In this document: piece by piece, positions 27,301 to 38,300 of the stretch
Layout of the letters: each line of letters begins with the position of its first letter
How positions within the stretch are numbered: the first letter of the stretch is position 1
DNA from: Lingula anatina
Lineage: Eukaryota; Animalia; Brachiopoda
Assembly (NCBI GenBank): GCA_051362555.1
Contig: CM120641.1
Coordinates: 27,596,401-27,660,400 of the forward strand
Reading direction: 5' to 3'
DNA: 64,000 nucleotides
The notes under the pieces: model-generated
Seen by the model: only the letters and a program-made list of their open reading frames with translations
Database searches by the model: none
Told to the model about the DNA's origin: nothing
Program-made: the position numbers and the translations under genes

Positions 27301-29161
27301 CTTTGACCTACTTTTCACCATGAACTGAACTTTGCAAATTTTGCTTTCCTTTTATCTCCAAAACTGGCAGAGATAGGTCCATAGTTACTATTGAACTTGA
27401 ATTGGAAGTCATATACTGGCAATCTATATGTGACCTTAAAATTGACCTTTGACCTACTTTTCACCATGAACTGAACTTTGCAAATTTTGCTTCCCTTTTG
27501 TCTCCAAAACTGGCAGAGATAGGTCCATAGTTACTATTGAACTTGAATAGGAAGTCATATACTGGCAATCTAAATGTGACCTTAAAATTGACCTTTGACC
27601 TACTTTTCACCATGAACTGAACTTTGCAAATTTTGCTTCCCTTTTATCTCCAAAACTGGCAGAGATAGGTCCGTAGTTTCTATTGGACTTGAATAGGAAG
27701 TCATATACTGGCAATCTTACTGTGACCTTGAAATTGACCTTTGACCTACTTTTCACCATGAACTGAACTTTGCAAATTTTGGTTTCCTTTTATCTCCAAA
27801 ACTGGCTGAGATAGGTCCGTAGTTACTATTGAACTTGAATAGGAAGTCATATACTGGCAATCTATATGTGACCTTAAAATTGACCTTTGACCTACTTTTC
27901 ACCATGAACTGAACTTTGCAAATTTTGCTTTCCTTTTATCTCCAAAACTGGCTGAGATAGGTCCATAGTTACTATTGAACTTGAATAGGAAGTCATATAC
28001 TGGCAATTTACTGCGACCTTGAAATTGACCTTTGACCTACCTTACGATGAACTTAACTTTGATTGTACCATTTTAAGTTATATATATTTTTTGCGTATTT
28101 TGAAAATTCTTGTTGATTGCATTTTTATAGCTTGTCAAGCATAAGACTGGTGGCTGTGTCCCTTATTTTGTGTATGTGGGGGTCTATACGAATGCGCTTG
28201 CTCCAGCTGGTGGTACAATATTCGGAGGCGGTATCGCCTCTCTGATCCTCTAGTTATTTTTACTGTGTGGCTTGTTTGCCAGTGACAGCTGCACTTTAAT
28301 ACTGAGGTCACTTCCCTTATGTCTGACATATAAAAAGTGTATGTTGTGGTATAATATTTATTTTCAGAGAAGAAGCAGTAAAGGAGTTCTTTTACAAACC
28401 CATCTATAACCATAATCTTTCTGAGGAAGACTGCTTAGCAGAGGAAACCTGTATTCTACAATTGAATATGAAACACGTCCAGATACAAGACCTAGAAAAA
28501 ATTGACAAGGATTTTTCATTTCTAGTTAAGAAAAGTGGACCACTGCATGGTTTCTGTAGTTGGTTCAGTGTGGGTTTTAGCCATCCTGATTCTGACAGCC
28601 CCATGGTAGTATTAAGCACAGGACCAAAACACAGGTACACAGCTCAGCAGGATTAAAAAAATTAGTTTCATTTTACTGCAGATGTTAATTCTTTTGTACA
28701 GCTGCTTGGAGGAATTAATATTATAATAATTATTGTTATCCATAATATCATCCATATAACCATTTTAGTTAACACAAGCACTGAAAGCTATCATAGACAC
28801 TATTATCTGGAGATACAGTATTTATTTCATTCCCATTTGGTTTTCTTTTTACATTTTGTCTAGTATATTAGTCTTTTCTGTGCATTAATTTTTTTATGAT
28901 TTTAATTTGATTATAATAGTTATACTTGTGAAAACACCGGATGCCTAATTCTTGAATATTTTCAGTCAAACTCATTGGCACCAACATCTCTTCATGTTAG
29001 ATGAGCCTCTTTCTGTGGCTCCTGACAATGAGGTTACTGGGAGGATAACTCTGATCAGAAATACAGAGTGGAGAAGACATCTGACTGTTATCATTCAGGG
29101 CCAGGTCCTTAAGTCAGTAAACAAAGAAAGAATTCAGGTAGAAAATCTTTTTCTATGGTGA
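10229..29161 (+). CDS. PRMT2: Protein arginine N-methyltransferase 2 (SH3 + class I SAM methyltransferase), ~418 aa
   Basis: Phase-consistent exons: 10229-10336, 14296-14478, 16927-17016, 21376-21447, 21663-21827, 22066-22241, 28368-28634 and 28966-29161. SH3 motifs: AVSDF..LQFSRGDKIEVL..HWWW..GYVPTNHV. PRMT motifs: YFENY, HLEMLSDKPRTEAY, VLDIGCGTGILSMF, VYAVEAS, VDLIISEWMG..FE and the THW loop. SH3 plus PRMT is diagnostic of PRMT2. The extreme C-terminus is uncertain (possible donor at 29138 and acceptor at 29326). Confidence 0.93.
10518..11694. mobile_element. Non-autonomous PIF/Harbinger-like element in PRMT2 intron 1
   Basis: TTA|GGGCCCCTTTACACTGGACGGCGTCCTTTCTGCGTCC ... GGACGCAGAAAGGACGCCGTCCAGTGTAAAGGGGGTT|TTA: ~37-bp TIR and TTA TSD. 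GC-rich ~30-bp degenerate subterminal repeats occur at 11360-11630. Confidence 0.85.
12085..14290 (+). mobile_element. HINE/Helentron-like non-autonomous element, family A copy 1
   Basis: 5' hairpin TGTACAGACAC-AGA-TGTGTCTGTACA and a (CGCCGT)n microsatellite. Three ~160-bp tandem units and ~4 degenerate ~336-bp units follow. The 3' end has sub-TIR TGTCTGTACA plus hairpin GACAGC-TTT-GCTGCC and ends in TTGTT. It sits in a T-rich site. Confidence 0.85.
14872..16525 (+). mobile_element. HINE family A copy 2 (PRMT2 intron 2)
   Basis: Same termini as 12085-14290. It has two 160-bp units and lacks roughly one ~336-bp unit. Confidence 0.85.
17077..17130 (+). repeat. (GT)n microsatellite
   Basis: Pure GT run 60 nt downstream of the PRMT2 exon 3 donor. 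Confidence 0.95.
17356..17523. mobile_element. CAGGGGCGGAT MITE copy nested in HINE A copy 3
   Basis: Homologous to 4870-5026 and flanked by AATAA/AATAA. Confidence 0.7.
17763..17990 (-). mobile_element. Short HINE-like element, family C
   Basis: On the minus strand it begins CTCTGCCAAGGAGGTTATATTTTCACCCC..TGTCTGTC and ends CCTTGGCAGAGGTCTGCACTCTCAAAGTGCTTTTCTAGTTT (sub-TIR, hairpin, CTAG). A second copy lies at 55963-56282. Confidence 0.75.
19960..21190 (-). repeat. ~160-bp tandem satellite (~8 units) inside HINE A copy 3
   Basis: The anchor TTTTCGAACTTGACC (or a variant) recurs at ~19974, 20135, 20298, 20459, 20620, 20773, 20934 and 21096. Confidence 0.9.
22607..28255 (+). mobile_element. 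HINE/Helentron-like element family B (5.6 kb) in PRMT2 intron 6
   Basis: 5' hairpin ATTGTACCACCAGCG-TTA-GCGCTGGCGGTAC followed by a (CCG/TCCG)-rich tract. The 3' end has sub-TIR GCTGGTGGTACAAT, hairpin GAGGCG-GTAT-CGCCTC and terminal CTAGTT. A satellite array fills the middle. Confidence 0.85.
23240..28060 (+). repeat. Higher-order satellite: [330-bp spacer + n x 146-bp monomer] x 4, n = 9, 5, 4, ~6
   Basis: The monomer period is 146 (TCTCCAAAAC at 23591, 23737, 23883 and onward). Block periods of 1644, 1060 and 914 equal 330 + 9, 5 and 4 x 146. Confidence 0.95.
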
Positions 29162-32100
29162 TTTTTTCTTTCAACTTAAATATCTTGTAGGATAAATAAT
29201 TGGTTAACTCGCCTTGTTTTGAGGTATGATCTTTTGAAAGATAAAACCTGTGGTATATTTTATCTTTTTAAACTTTTAGATTATTATACTGTCCTATATT
29301 TATTCTCTTTGTTTTTTACCTTTTAGAATATGAAAGATACAATGTATGGAAAGATAGATGAAGTCCTGTACAATGTTCTATGCCAGACAGAAGTCTGGGT
29401 ACACATGAACTACAACTGTTAGTCTGCAACATATACATTCTTGGTTTGTTCTCTTTTTACTGTTTAATAAGATGAAATAATTGTGTGGTTTCAGAGTTTT
29501 CACAAAGTGTTTCCCCTTTGGATGGATCAAGTGTTGAAGGATGAATATATCAAACCTAAAGACTAAGGTGAGATTCAGTTGAGCATAATAGTTATGCCTG
29601 GTTGAGCATTATGATTGAATTATTGCATTGGTATTTATTTGAGGTTATTAATTTCAAGACATTTTAAGATAAGATATAACACAAGATATTGTTGTTAATC
29701 TTCAGAAATGGAATGAATTCTTGCACTAAGATTAGAAGTGCTGTTTGCAAAGGCACAGAAACACCTTCTTCACACATGGAAAATTTCCTCCAGGGGATGA
29801 TGAATACGTAGCTCCCTTTTTAGAGGCCTTAAAAGTCATCCTGGAAAGTTGTGCAGATTTGATGTATAAATGGAGATGGGGTGGTGCTACTCTGGCTAAA
29901 ATTTTGTTTTCTCTGTTTGAACTGTTGTTTACTTCCCTGTTCCTTGATAAATATATACTAGTGCTTGTAAGTAGGAAAATTGTAAGTCTTCCACTGAAAC
30001 TTCAGCCTTCAAGGTTTTGATTTATAGGTGTCCCTTGCTCATAATAGATAATCAATTTAACCGTGACTTTTAAGTATGACACAAGTCATTTGTCTTTTAA
30101 TTGATGTCAAATTATGTGTTAATGTATATATGGGTGTGCATGAACATATCTTTCAATTTTACAAACTTAGGGAATTTTGCTTAATATTTAAATATATGCT
30201 TTATTCATACTTTCTATACCAGACTGAGCTGGTGAAAATGTACAGAGATAAAGTAATAGCAATAATACAAAAAAATATAAAAGAAAATTTTACACAGCTA
30301 AATAATACCAAAATTACAAATATAGATAGTATTTCATAGTATTTCATAATCATTAACTAGGTGTGGTCTTAATGCCGAGTCAGCTGCTCACAGCATTGAT
30401 GGTAAGCTAGCATCATACTATAAGTATTGTATACTTGACTAAGATATAGAAATTTATTATGCACGAGCCTGTTTTCTACTATGTGAAAAGAACCTCAATA
30501 CTTGCAGTAATTATTTAGTAGCCATAGACATCACTAAGTGGTGTTTATAACCAGACATCAATACAGTGGCACTGCTGTAGACAGCAATTTCAAAGAGGGA
30601 GGCTCTTTTTTGGAAAAAGTGGGCCTTTTACCATGAAACCCTTATGTATTTAGATCAAATTTTACTCAGAGTGGACCTTTTACCAGCAAAAAGGGTGGTT
30701 CATCTGAACCCCCCGGCCTACTTTGAATGTCTACAATATTAACAGAGTTTATTTTTTACCCTTGGTTAGAAATATCTCTTCAATCATAAAATAAACATTG
30801 CAAAAATAATATCAAGAATACATTCTTGATAATATGGATTATTCTGGTGTGGATATTTTGAATTTCATGCTGTATTTGATAAAGGTGTAAAGTGGGTTGG
30901 GTCTTTTTTCTACTTAAAATAATGATGATATTGTTCTTAAAATATTCAGTAGGTGAATTGATTATCAGAAAACAAAACACTTGAGTTTCTAAATGATCAA
31001 ACACTGGCTATATCTGTCTCACATTGCATTTCTTTCCAAGTACGCCTAGGCCTTGGCAACAGCTTTGGGGTCTTGGAGAGCAGTTAAAAGAGATGTCTTT
31101 TTTAAAGCCCACAAAGTTTATAGCCTCTGTGCAAAGATTTAAATAGCAAATATTGGCTTTTGAAAAAATATAAATTAATTTTTTTCTAAATGATATACGT
31201 AAATAGTGGCAGAATCAAGTTATAGACTTTCACAAAGGTGAGTGTAAATTTGTAGTGGTACCCTGTACCATGTACTTTGTGATATCTCTTTTATGTAAAG
31301 CTTATAACTCATCCATGAGTGAAAAGGAGAAAATTTTAAAAGTTTTAAAATGAGTAGAATATATTTCATTTAAACACCTCTGCAATTATCAAAATGGTTT
31401 TATATACATAGGATATAAACTAGGTTAGAATACGTAGGGGAAATCTACATAATGGGCTGATTGTCCCGATGTTCCGATTATATTATCAGACTTAAGGAGG
31501 GTTCCTTAGGAAATCTGGAGTTGAGAAGGTCACTCAGACATGTTTACAGCTAGACTGACTTAGATAGGAAATATTCTTAGCAGTGTCACCAGTGACTTCT
31601 CTTCTCTCCCACATATGGAACTACCTGCTACTGTAAAAAAGACAAAATTTAAATGATAATTACTAAAGGTTCAGAGAAGTTCATCAACCACCAGATTTTA
31701 TGCATTTCAAAGTAATTTGATAATAAGTAGACAGTGGTAACCCCATCAGGCTTTAGAATTTTAAATCCCAGTTTAATGAAGCTGGTTATCTGATGGCATG
31801 AGTTATATTATATAATCATTTGGTCCATTTGTGAACACACTGTCTGTGCGGGCAAGGTAACCTAGATAAGAATATCCACGTACTGGTATATATGCAGTAA
31901 TAGTTATCTGCTGCATCAACACACATAAACGGAGGCATTAAAGAAAGACAAATACACAACCTCTATTAAGGAACCAGTCCAAGACTTTATCCCAACTCAT
32001 TAATGTTCAGGGAAAATTTGACTTAAAATTCCTGAGCCAATTTCATTGATTTTTTTGTAAGCTACTTAAATCCCTAAGGCTCTAGTTGAGAAGGCACATT

Positions 32101-35100
32101 TGGGTGTGGCACGTGTAGGGAGATGAGTGATTACAAAAAGTGTGTTAATTTCAATATTCAGGGGTGAGTTGGTGAGCTTTTGATGAATTTGATTACTGAA
32201 ATTCTTAAATTTGGAGCTGTTTGTTCAAATGTCTTCATGATTTAAAAAAAAAAACATTTTAATGTTATCCTGTATGAGCCATTAGAACCCATTCATGGTC
32301 GTTGGCCTCAGATTAATCCCTTTGTTTGTACTTAGTTTTATTGAATTTCTCACAGTCATCAACTGTGCTTAAGACATTGACTGTGCTCATAGAAAAAACA
32401 AACACATTTGCAGGTTAAGTGTTTATTGTAGGCATGTCTTATCATTATATTAGTTTGATAAGATAATATTTATGTTACCATACAGTACAGCCTTTGAATG
32501 GTTAAGGTTTTTGCTTTTTTTGACTTCTTGACATGCAAAGTTCACTGCATGACTTTAGTAAACTGTTCCTTTTTTGCAGTGTTCCTCACACCTTGTCAGG
32601 TGTTTTGTTTTCAATATTTATAAAACCAATCATTGTAAGTTTACTGGCTAATCAAGGTAAGTTTACTCAAGTACATAAAGCATTGAAGAGAAGCATTGTT
32701 TGTACAATTATCGTTTTCAGCATGTGTGTATATATATAGTAGCTGGGAGTAAGGAGGGATGGGAGGGGATAAGTGATCACTGAAAAGAAAGTTTTATTAG
32801 TCCCTAGTAGGTTGCTAACACAAGTTGCTTGTAGCTTATTATGGGGAAAATCTCTCCCGCTGACATAATATATTTAGTGTGTGCTGAATATCAAATAATT
32901 AAGTTTTATGTGAAACGTTTACACTTAATCAACTCCAAAGCAGTTTAAAGGTTCAGATTTGTTTGCAACACAAAAGAACAATCACAACAAAAATTGCATT
33001 CTGTAAGCTTGGCTGCCTTGAGCAGTTCACCAATAGGGTTCAATAGCAATGGGCAAGGGTCAGTCTTGCAGTGTTAAAATGGGAAACAGTACTGTTCATG
33101 GAGGAAATATGCCTCAAAGTTAATCATTGAGTAATTGTGTTTGCCTCATTTGTTGGCAAAACAAGAAGCTGAAAAGATCAGTCCCAGTTATGTGTGAATG
33201 GGTCTTTAGTCATTAAACAACTCAGATATGCTTCAATGCAACCTGCTAAATAATTTATTGTTATTGATTTCAAAAAGCTTATTCAATTTTCTTTCAAAGA
33301 AGTGATCAGCTTAGAAGGGGTAGCCAGGTTTGTCGGAATACAGAAAACATGTTATATTGCATTAAAGGCAAAACACATTGTTGAGGAATATGTTTGAGAC
33401 ACAGTGAGATACACTTTTTACTGCAATAGAGTGGATCATTTTGCAATTTAAACAGCTTTAATAGAATGAGGTAAGATTTTTGCATATGATTATTACATGA
33501 TAATGATTTAACATTATTGTGTGAACTTTTCAAAATTCTGGATTGTTGATAATTGTGCTCAGCACAGTTCTCTCAAAGCAATCTTGAGTGGAGCACACCA
33601 ACAGATTTAATTAAATCACTTATGTCTTATGCAGTCTTTTTTACACTTATTTATGTTTTGAAAAGGGTGTTTTAATAATGAAACTTTGGCAAATGATAAA
33701 TGCCTTTGAAATATCGTGTTGTTAACTGTCTAAACAAAATAGTTGTGTCGTCCATTGGTAGTTTTAAGAGGCAGATTTCAAATGAGATGATTTTGTTGAC
33801 TTTATCTTTTAAATGAGGCCCGTCTGTCAAAAATGTCAGAAGTGTCACTGAATATATCCTCATATTACTATATACAGCAGGTAACACAAGTGTTCATGAC
33901 AAAAAAGGTCATGATATGAAATTTGTGGGCGTAGCAGCCATTTTCATTGTTTGATTTTTGTATTAACCAGTTTACATTTTATGATTAAATGCATCAAATA
34001 TTGCTTTGGCATTGAATTTTGATGTACATATTATTTCATAACAGGTGAACAATCTTTTTCACTGAAACTCCGATATTGAAGCACCTATGGGATTAAAGTG
34101 AAGACTACATTCACTCACTTTTGAAACAGAACGAAGTGCATTTTTCCCACTTGTTGTAATGAAGGTAGTTGTGTTCCACTCCCTTTAAGGTTATTAAATT
34201 AGCAAAATTTGAATGGCAGAAATATTTATTTTCAACTTCTCCTGCATTGCTGTTTAATGGCCTATTAGAATGGAACAAGTCGAGCCATTAAGGTGTACAC
34301 AACTTGGGGGCAGTCCTCAGTTAGGTAAGCTTTGATATGGGCCTCCCAGCTCTAATATTGCCACTTATTCTGTTTACTTGCAGCGGCCTCAGTCATTCAA
34401 CCAACAAATTATCGTACAGAAAGGAATATTGTAGAATATGATCTTGACATTATATCCCATATATTTTGGCAATTACCCTTAGGATATTGGAGAGTGAAGT
34501 GTTTAACTTATACATTGATGGATGTGTGAATTGCATGCTGAAAATGACTTTACTTTTTCCCCCGAGAACTATTATTTATGGGTTAGCTTATGTGCCTGTT
34601 CACATTTCTCATCTGTTTTTTTTTTCATCAGTTTCATAAAAAAAAGTTCTTAAAATAGAGCATTTTATGCTACTATTGAGAAAGAAATGATTGATTCAAA
34701 CTAAACCCCAAATATAAGTGCTGTAGATTAGGTCATCGTGAAGGGGTTCTGATGCCCTGCTATGGTATTTTGTTCCCAATAGTGAATAACCATTTATCTC
34801 ATTTGGAAATTAACTGAATGAAAATGACCAAATATTTATAATTTTGAAGCTTTAGTGAGCCAAATTCCCCTTGGGCATTGTACTCTATGTTTTTGTTGGG
34901 TTTTTTGTTTGTCACGTCGCCCTGACAATTTTATTTCCACAGTATATTCTTACCTGCGTATTACGTCAATATGTACACAACCTTTATTATGTTATCCTTT
35001 ATCTATTGTAATGGATTGCAGGTCGGAAATGTGACTTTGTTTGAAAGGAAGATTAGCATTGTGATTTTGTTTTTTGAAAGGATACGGCAAATACTCGACA

Positions 35101-35399
35101 CTTGACGTGCTCTGTTCTTGAAAAAATAAGATCTTGTTACAGCATTTGCTTTGTACAAACAGACAAAAAGACGGATCTTTAATGCGATATGAAAATAATT
35201 TCTTATCCAGGCTGCTTGTGGTGTTAAGTTACCGCTGTAGAAGTAATCGTGTCAGCAATCTTGTATTCATAGCACAAAAGCCTGAGCAAAAAGTTGGCAT
35301 TGGATATTAAAAATCATATTCGCCCGATTAAATCTGCATGGGGATTGTTTGACTAATGGTTCGGAAAAATGAACCGACGGCCCGCTAAGAACCATCTAA

Positions 35400-38300
35400 A
35401 TGGACGCAATAACAAAACTGACTGGTAAGGGTTAAAAGAAGGTTTTGCGTCTGGGAAACCAGAGTATAGTATTTAGCCTAGACAGAAGGGGGAAAGGACC
35501 TCACTGTGCACTTTTTTTAATTTTCCAAAAGAAATTCTCCAAAAGATGGCGGGAATTCGAGCCCACCATCACAAAGGCTGTTTTCCTCGATCAGAGGCGG
35601 ACGGTTTTGGAAATGCAGCACTGTTATTAAGGTAGGATGAGATCGATATTGATTGTGTGAGATTAGTTACTCTGACTATTTGTCGTGGATAGGATTAGCC
35701 CAGGTTACGACAGGTGGGTGCTGACATTCCTAGTCCTATGAATTCGTAGCCATTGGGAGTTGAGCACTTTCTGGTATGGTGCATGGAGATAAAACAATGA
35801 TGTGAGTAAGCTGACAAATGAGAGGGAATAGTGTCTGGAGATGAAATTTTAAACTAATTTTTTGTAGTGATGACAAAGGTATGATTTTTAACGCCGTAAT
35901 AGAATTTTTTTTTTTTTTACATTTGCCTCCAAGTGCTTGAATTTGGACGATTCCGTGTAGGTGTGCATTATATATTGAAATACTACCTCAAGCAATGATT
36001 ATCCTCAAGCTGATTATCAGTTTCCAATACCAATCAACCCGTTGCAATAAGCAACTTAATTGAAGCGCCACGCTGTGACACGTTCCAACAAAAAGACAGG
36101 CTGTATTTTGGCACCGTCCAATCTCCGTGCCAAGTTGACATATTGCCCCTTTTCCCAGGTGCTAGCAACAGAGGAGTATTGATTCTGCATACAAATGTAA
36201 CTCCATCAGTTGACAAAAAGTGAATGGGACCGAGTGGTCTGTGGTCTGAAAGGGAGTCATTTCAGATGTCAACGCAATTTTCTACTCCATTTAATGGGAT
36301 AGGAATAGCAGATGATAGAGGGCGTGAGATCACGTAATAGTAGGGCTTTTTTATTTTGGAGTAAAGATCAGGACAACAACGTTTCAGAAATTGCTGTGGT
36401 CTCTGCGTGGAAGATTTATGCTAATATGGAGTCGCTGTTAAGCAACAAATTAAGTTCTTGTGATATCAGATTGAACAAGATTGCAACCTAAATTATTGCT
36501 GATCCTTGAATATCCTCTGTTAATTTATCATTACAAATCAATTTGAAATCAGTGTGGTAATACAGTGTGACGCTACAAAAGCATTTTGAATAGGAATAAC
36601 AACTACGTTTCTATGCGAAATTCCCTGCAGGATTCAAGAAAGTCGTGAGTGGGATTTTAAAATACCCGTGGGCTTAAACCCTGAACATTGGAGCTCGTAG
36701 TCGTATTAGTTTGAATCATTAACATATTATAGGATGTCTGAAAGATGTCCAGGCTGACTTGGTTCTTGAATGGAAAGCTTTAAGGATGGTGAAAATGCAG
36801 AGTGAAGATAACGAAACGCCCAATTTTGATGATTTAATTTTGATAGGCAGGGGACCGAACCATGATGCAGGGTATGTGTTTTCGTAACGTGTACGTAAGG
36901 TTTATTGTTATTATGCATAATTATATATTGTATCGTATATTGTTCATATCTACTATCATGCCAGATTAAGACCATATTTGGTTTGGCTTTACTTATCGCT
37001 TTGTTGATAGTTGACTTCTTAGTTTATAAGAAAAAGTCGGTGAAAACGTTGCTAGAATTCGTAAAAGAGAAGCGTTTTGCGCCAAATGCTGCCGTCTTTA
37101 TTGTAAGGTAATATTTTAAGCGGATTTTGTTGGAAGCATATAACCACGCCTATTTTAGAACTAAAAAGGTTATATCATACTAATGTAATATTTTATTTGG
37201 TGGATTAAAAGTCTGGTGTTTATCATTAAGTCGACTGCTGGTGCGAAATGTAATTAACCAAGGGTTTATATTTTCTACATATTTGAATGACGTAATGTCA
37301 AACACGCATTTATGATGTGAAATGATTTAAACCCTGGTCGTAAAGGTATTCTATGAAAAAAAAAAAGCCTTTTTTTACGCGTCGATTTTGATTTCCAGTT
37401 TGAATTATGTGCCATAATATTTTGTTTAAATAGGTGTCTTTTCGTCACAAGGGCGGTATTGACATTAAATTAGACACTGGTGGAATTGATCCTTAGTTTT
37501 ATTGATCTAACATGTTCAGGTAAAAAAGAAAGTTGAGAGGAGAGCTATTTCTTAGTACATTTTGTAAATAAACTTTTTTATCTTTTTTTTTTTTTCATTC
37601 ACTGTTATATATTACCGGCGACGTTATGATGTTGATTTTGGACACATACAGACTTGCTTGTGTGCCAAGTCAACCTTCATCTCCCCGATTAGATACCAAA
37701 TGTGTTTTATTGTTTTGGTATCACCTTACCTCTGTTTGAACTGTAGGAGTGAAAGAATAGCGAAACTTTACGCTATGACTAAAGGGTATTGGTAAGGTAT
37801 TGGTAATAGTGTCGTACATTCATTTTTTATCGCACGTTTATGACAAGAGTTAATTGAAAATTGTGTTTTATTTTACAGAATGATGGAAAAGGTAAGGTAT
37901 TGGTAATAGTGTCGTACATTCATTTTTTATCGCACGTTTATGACAAGAGTTAATTGAAAATTGTGTTTTATTTTACAGAATGATGGAAAAGGCAGGGCTG
38001 GCTGGTTGGTCTAGCGAGAAAATGCAGCAATGGTTTGCGGACGTTCGTCAGACCCCCCGCTACCAAGCCGAGTATTTGGGCCGCCTAAGTAAACTGCGAG
38101 AGGAACTTATCAACCAAGAACAGGAAAATCTCTCTCACGCGATGGAGAGACTGAGAGTGAATTCTCTAGGAAGAGAGCACCCGAAACATCGGGCAAAAAT
38201 CAAGAAACCGCCCGACGAATTTCTTGACACTTTTCCCTATCGCCAACGCCAGATTCTTTTGGAAAAGTTGGAGAGGAATAGACGTCGGGCGGGCCCTGTG

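Noticed and set aside
23590-28060. Regular repeat array resembling CRISPR
   Set aside because: The monomers are contiguous 146-bp near-identical units with no unique spacers. There are no cas genes, and the context is a eukaryotic intron.
29400-35300. 6-kb region with scattered short ORFs and an acceptor-like site at ~31632 (- strand)
   Set aside because: I could not build a consistent exon chain. I treated it as PRMT2 3' UTR or intergenic sequence.
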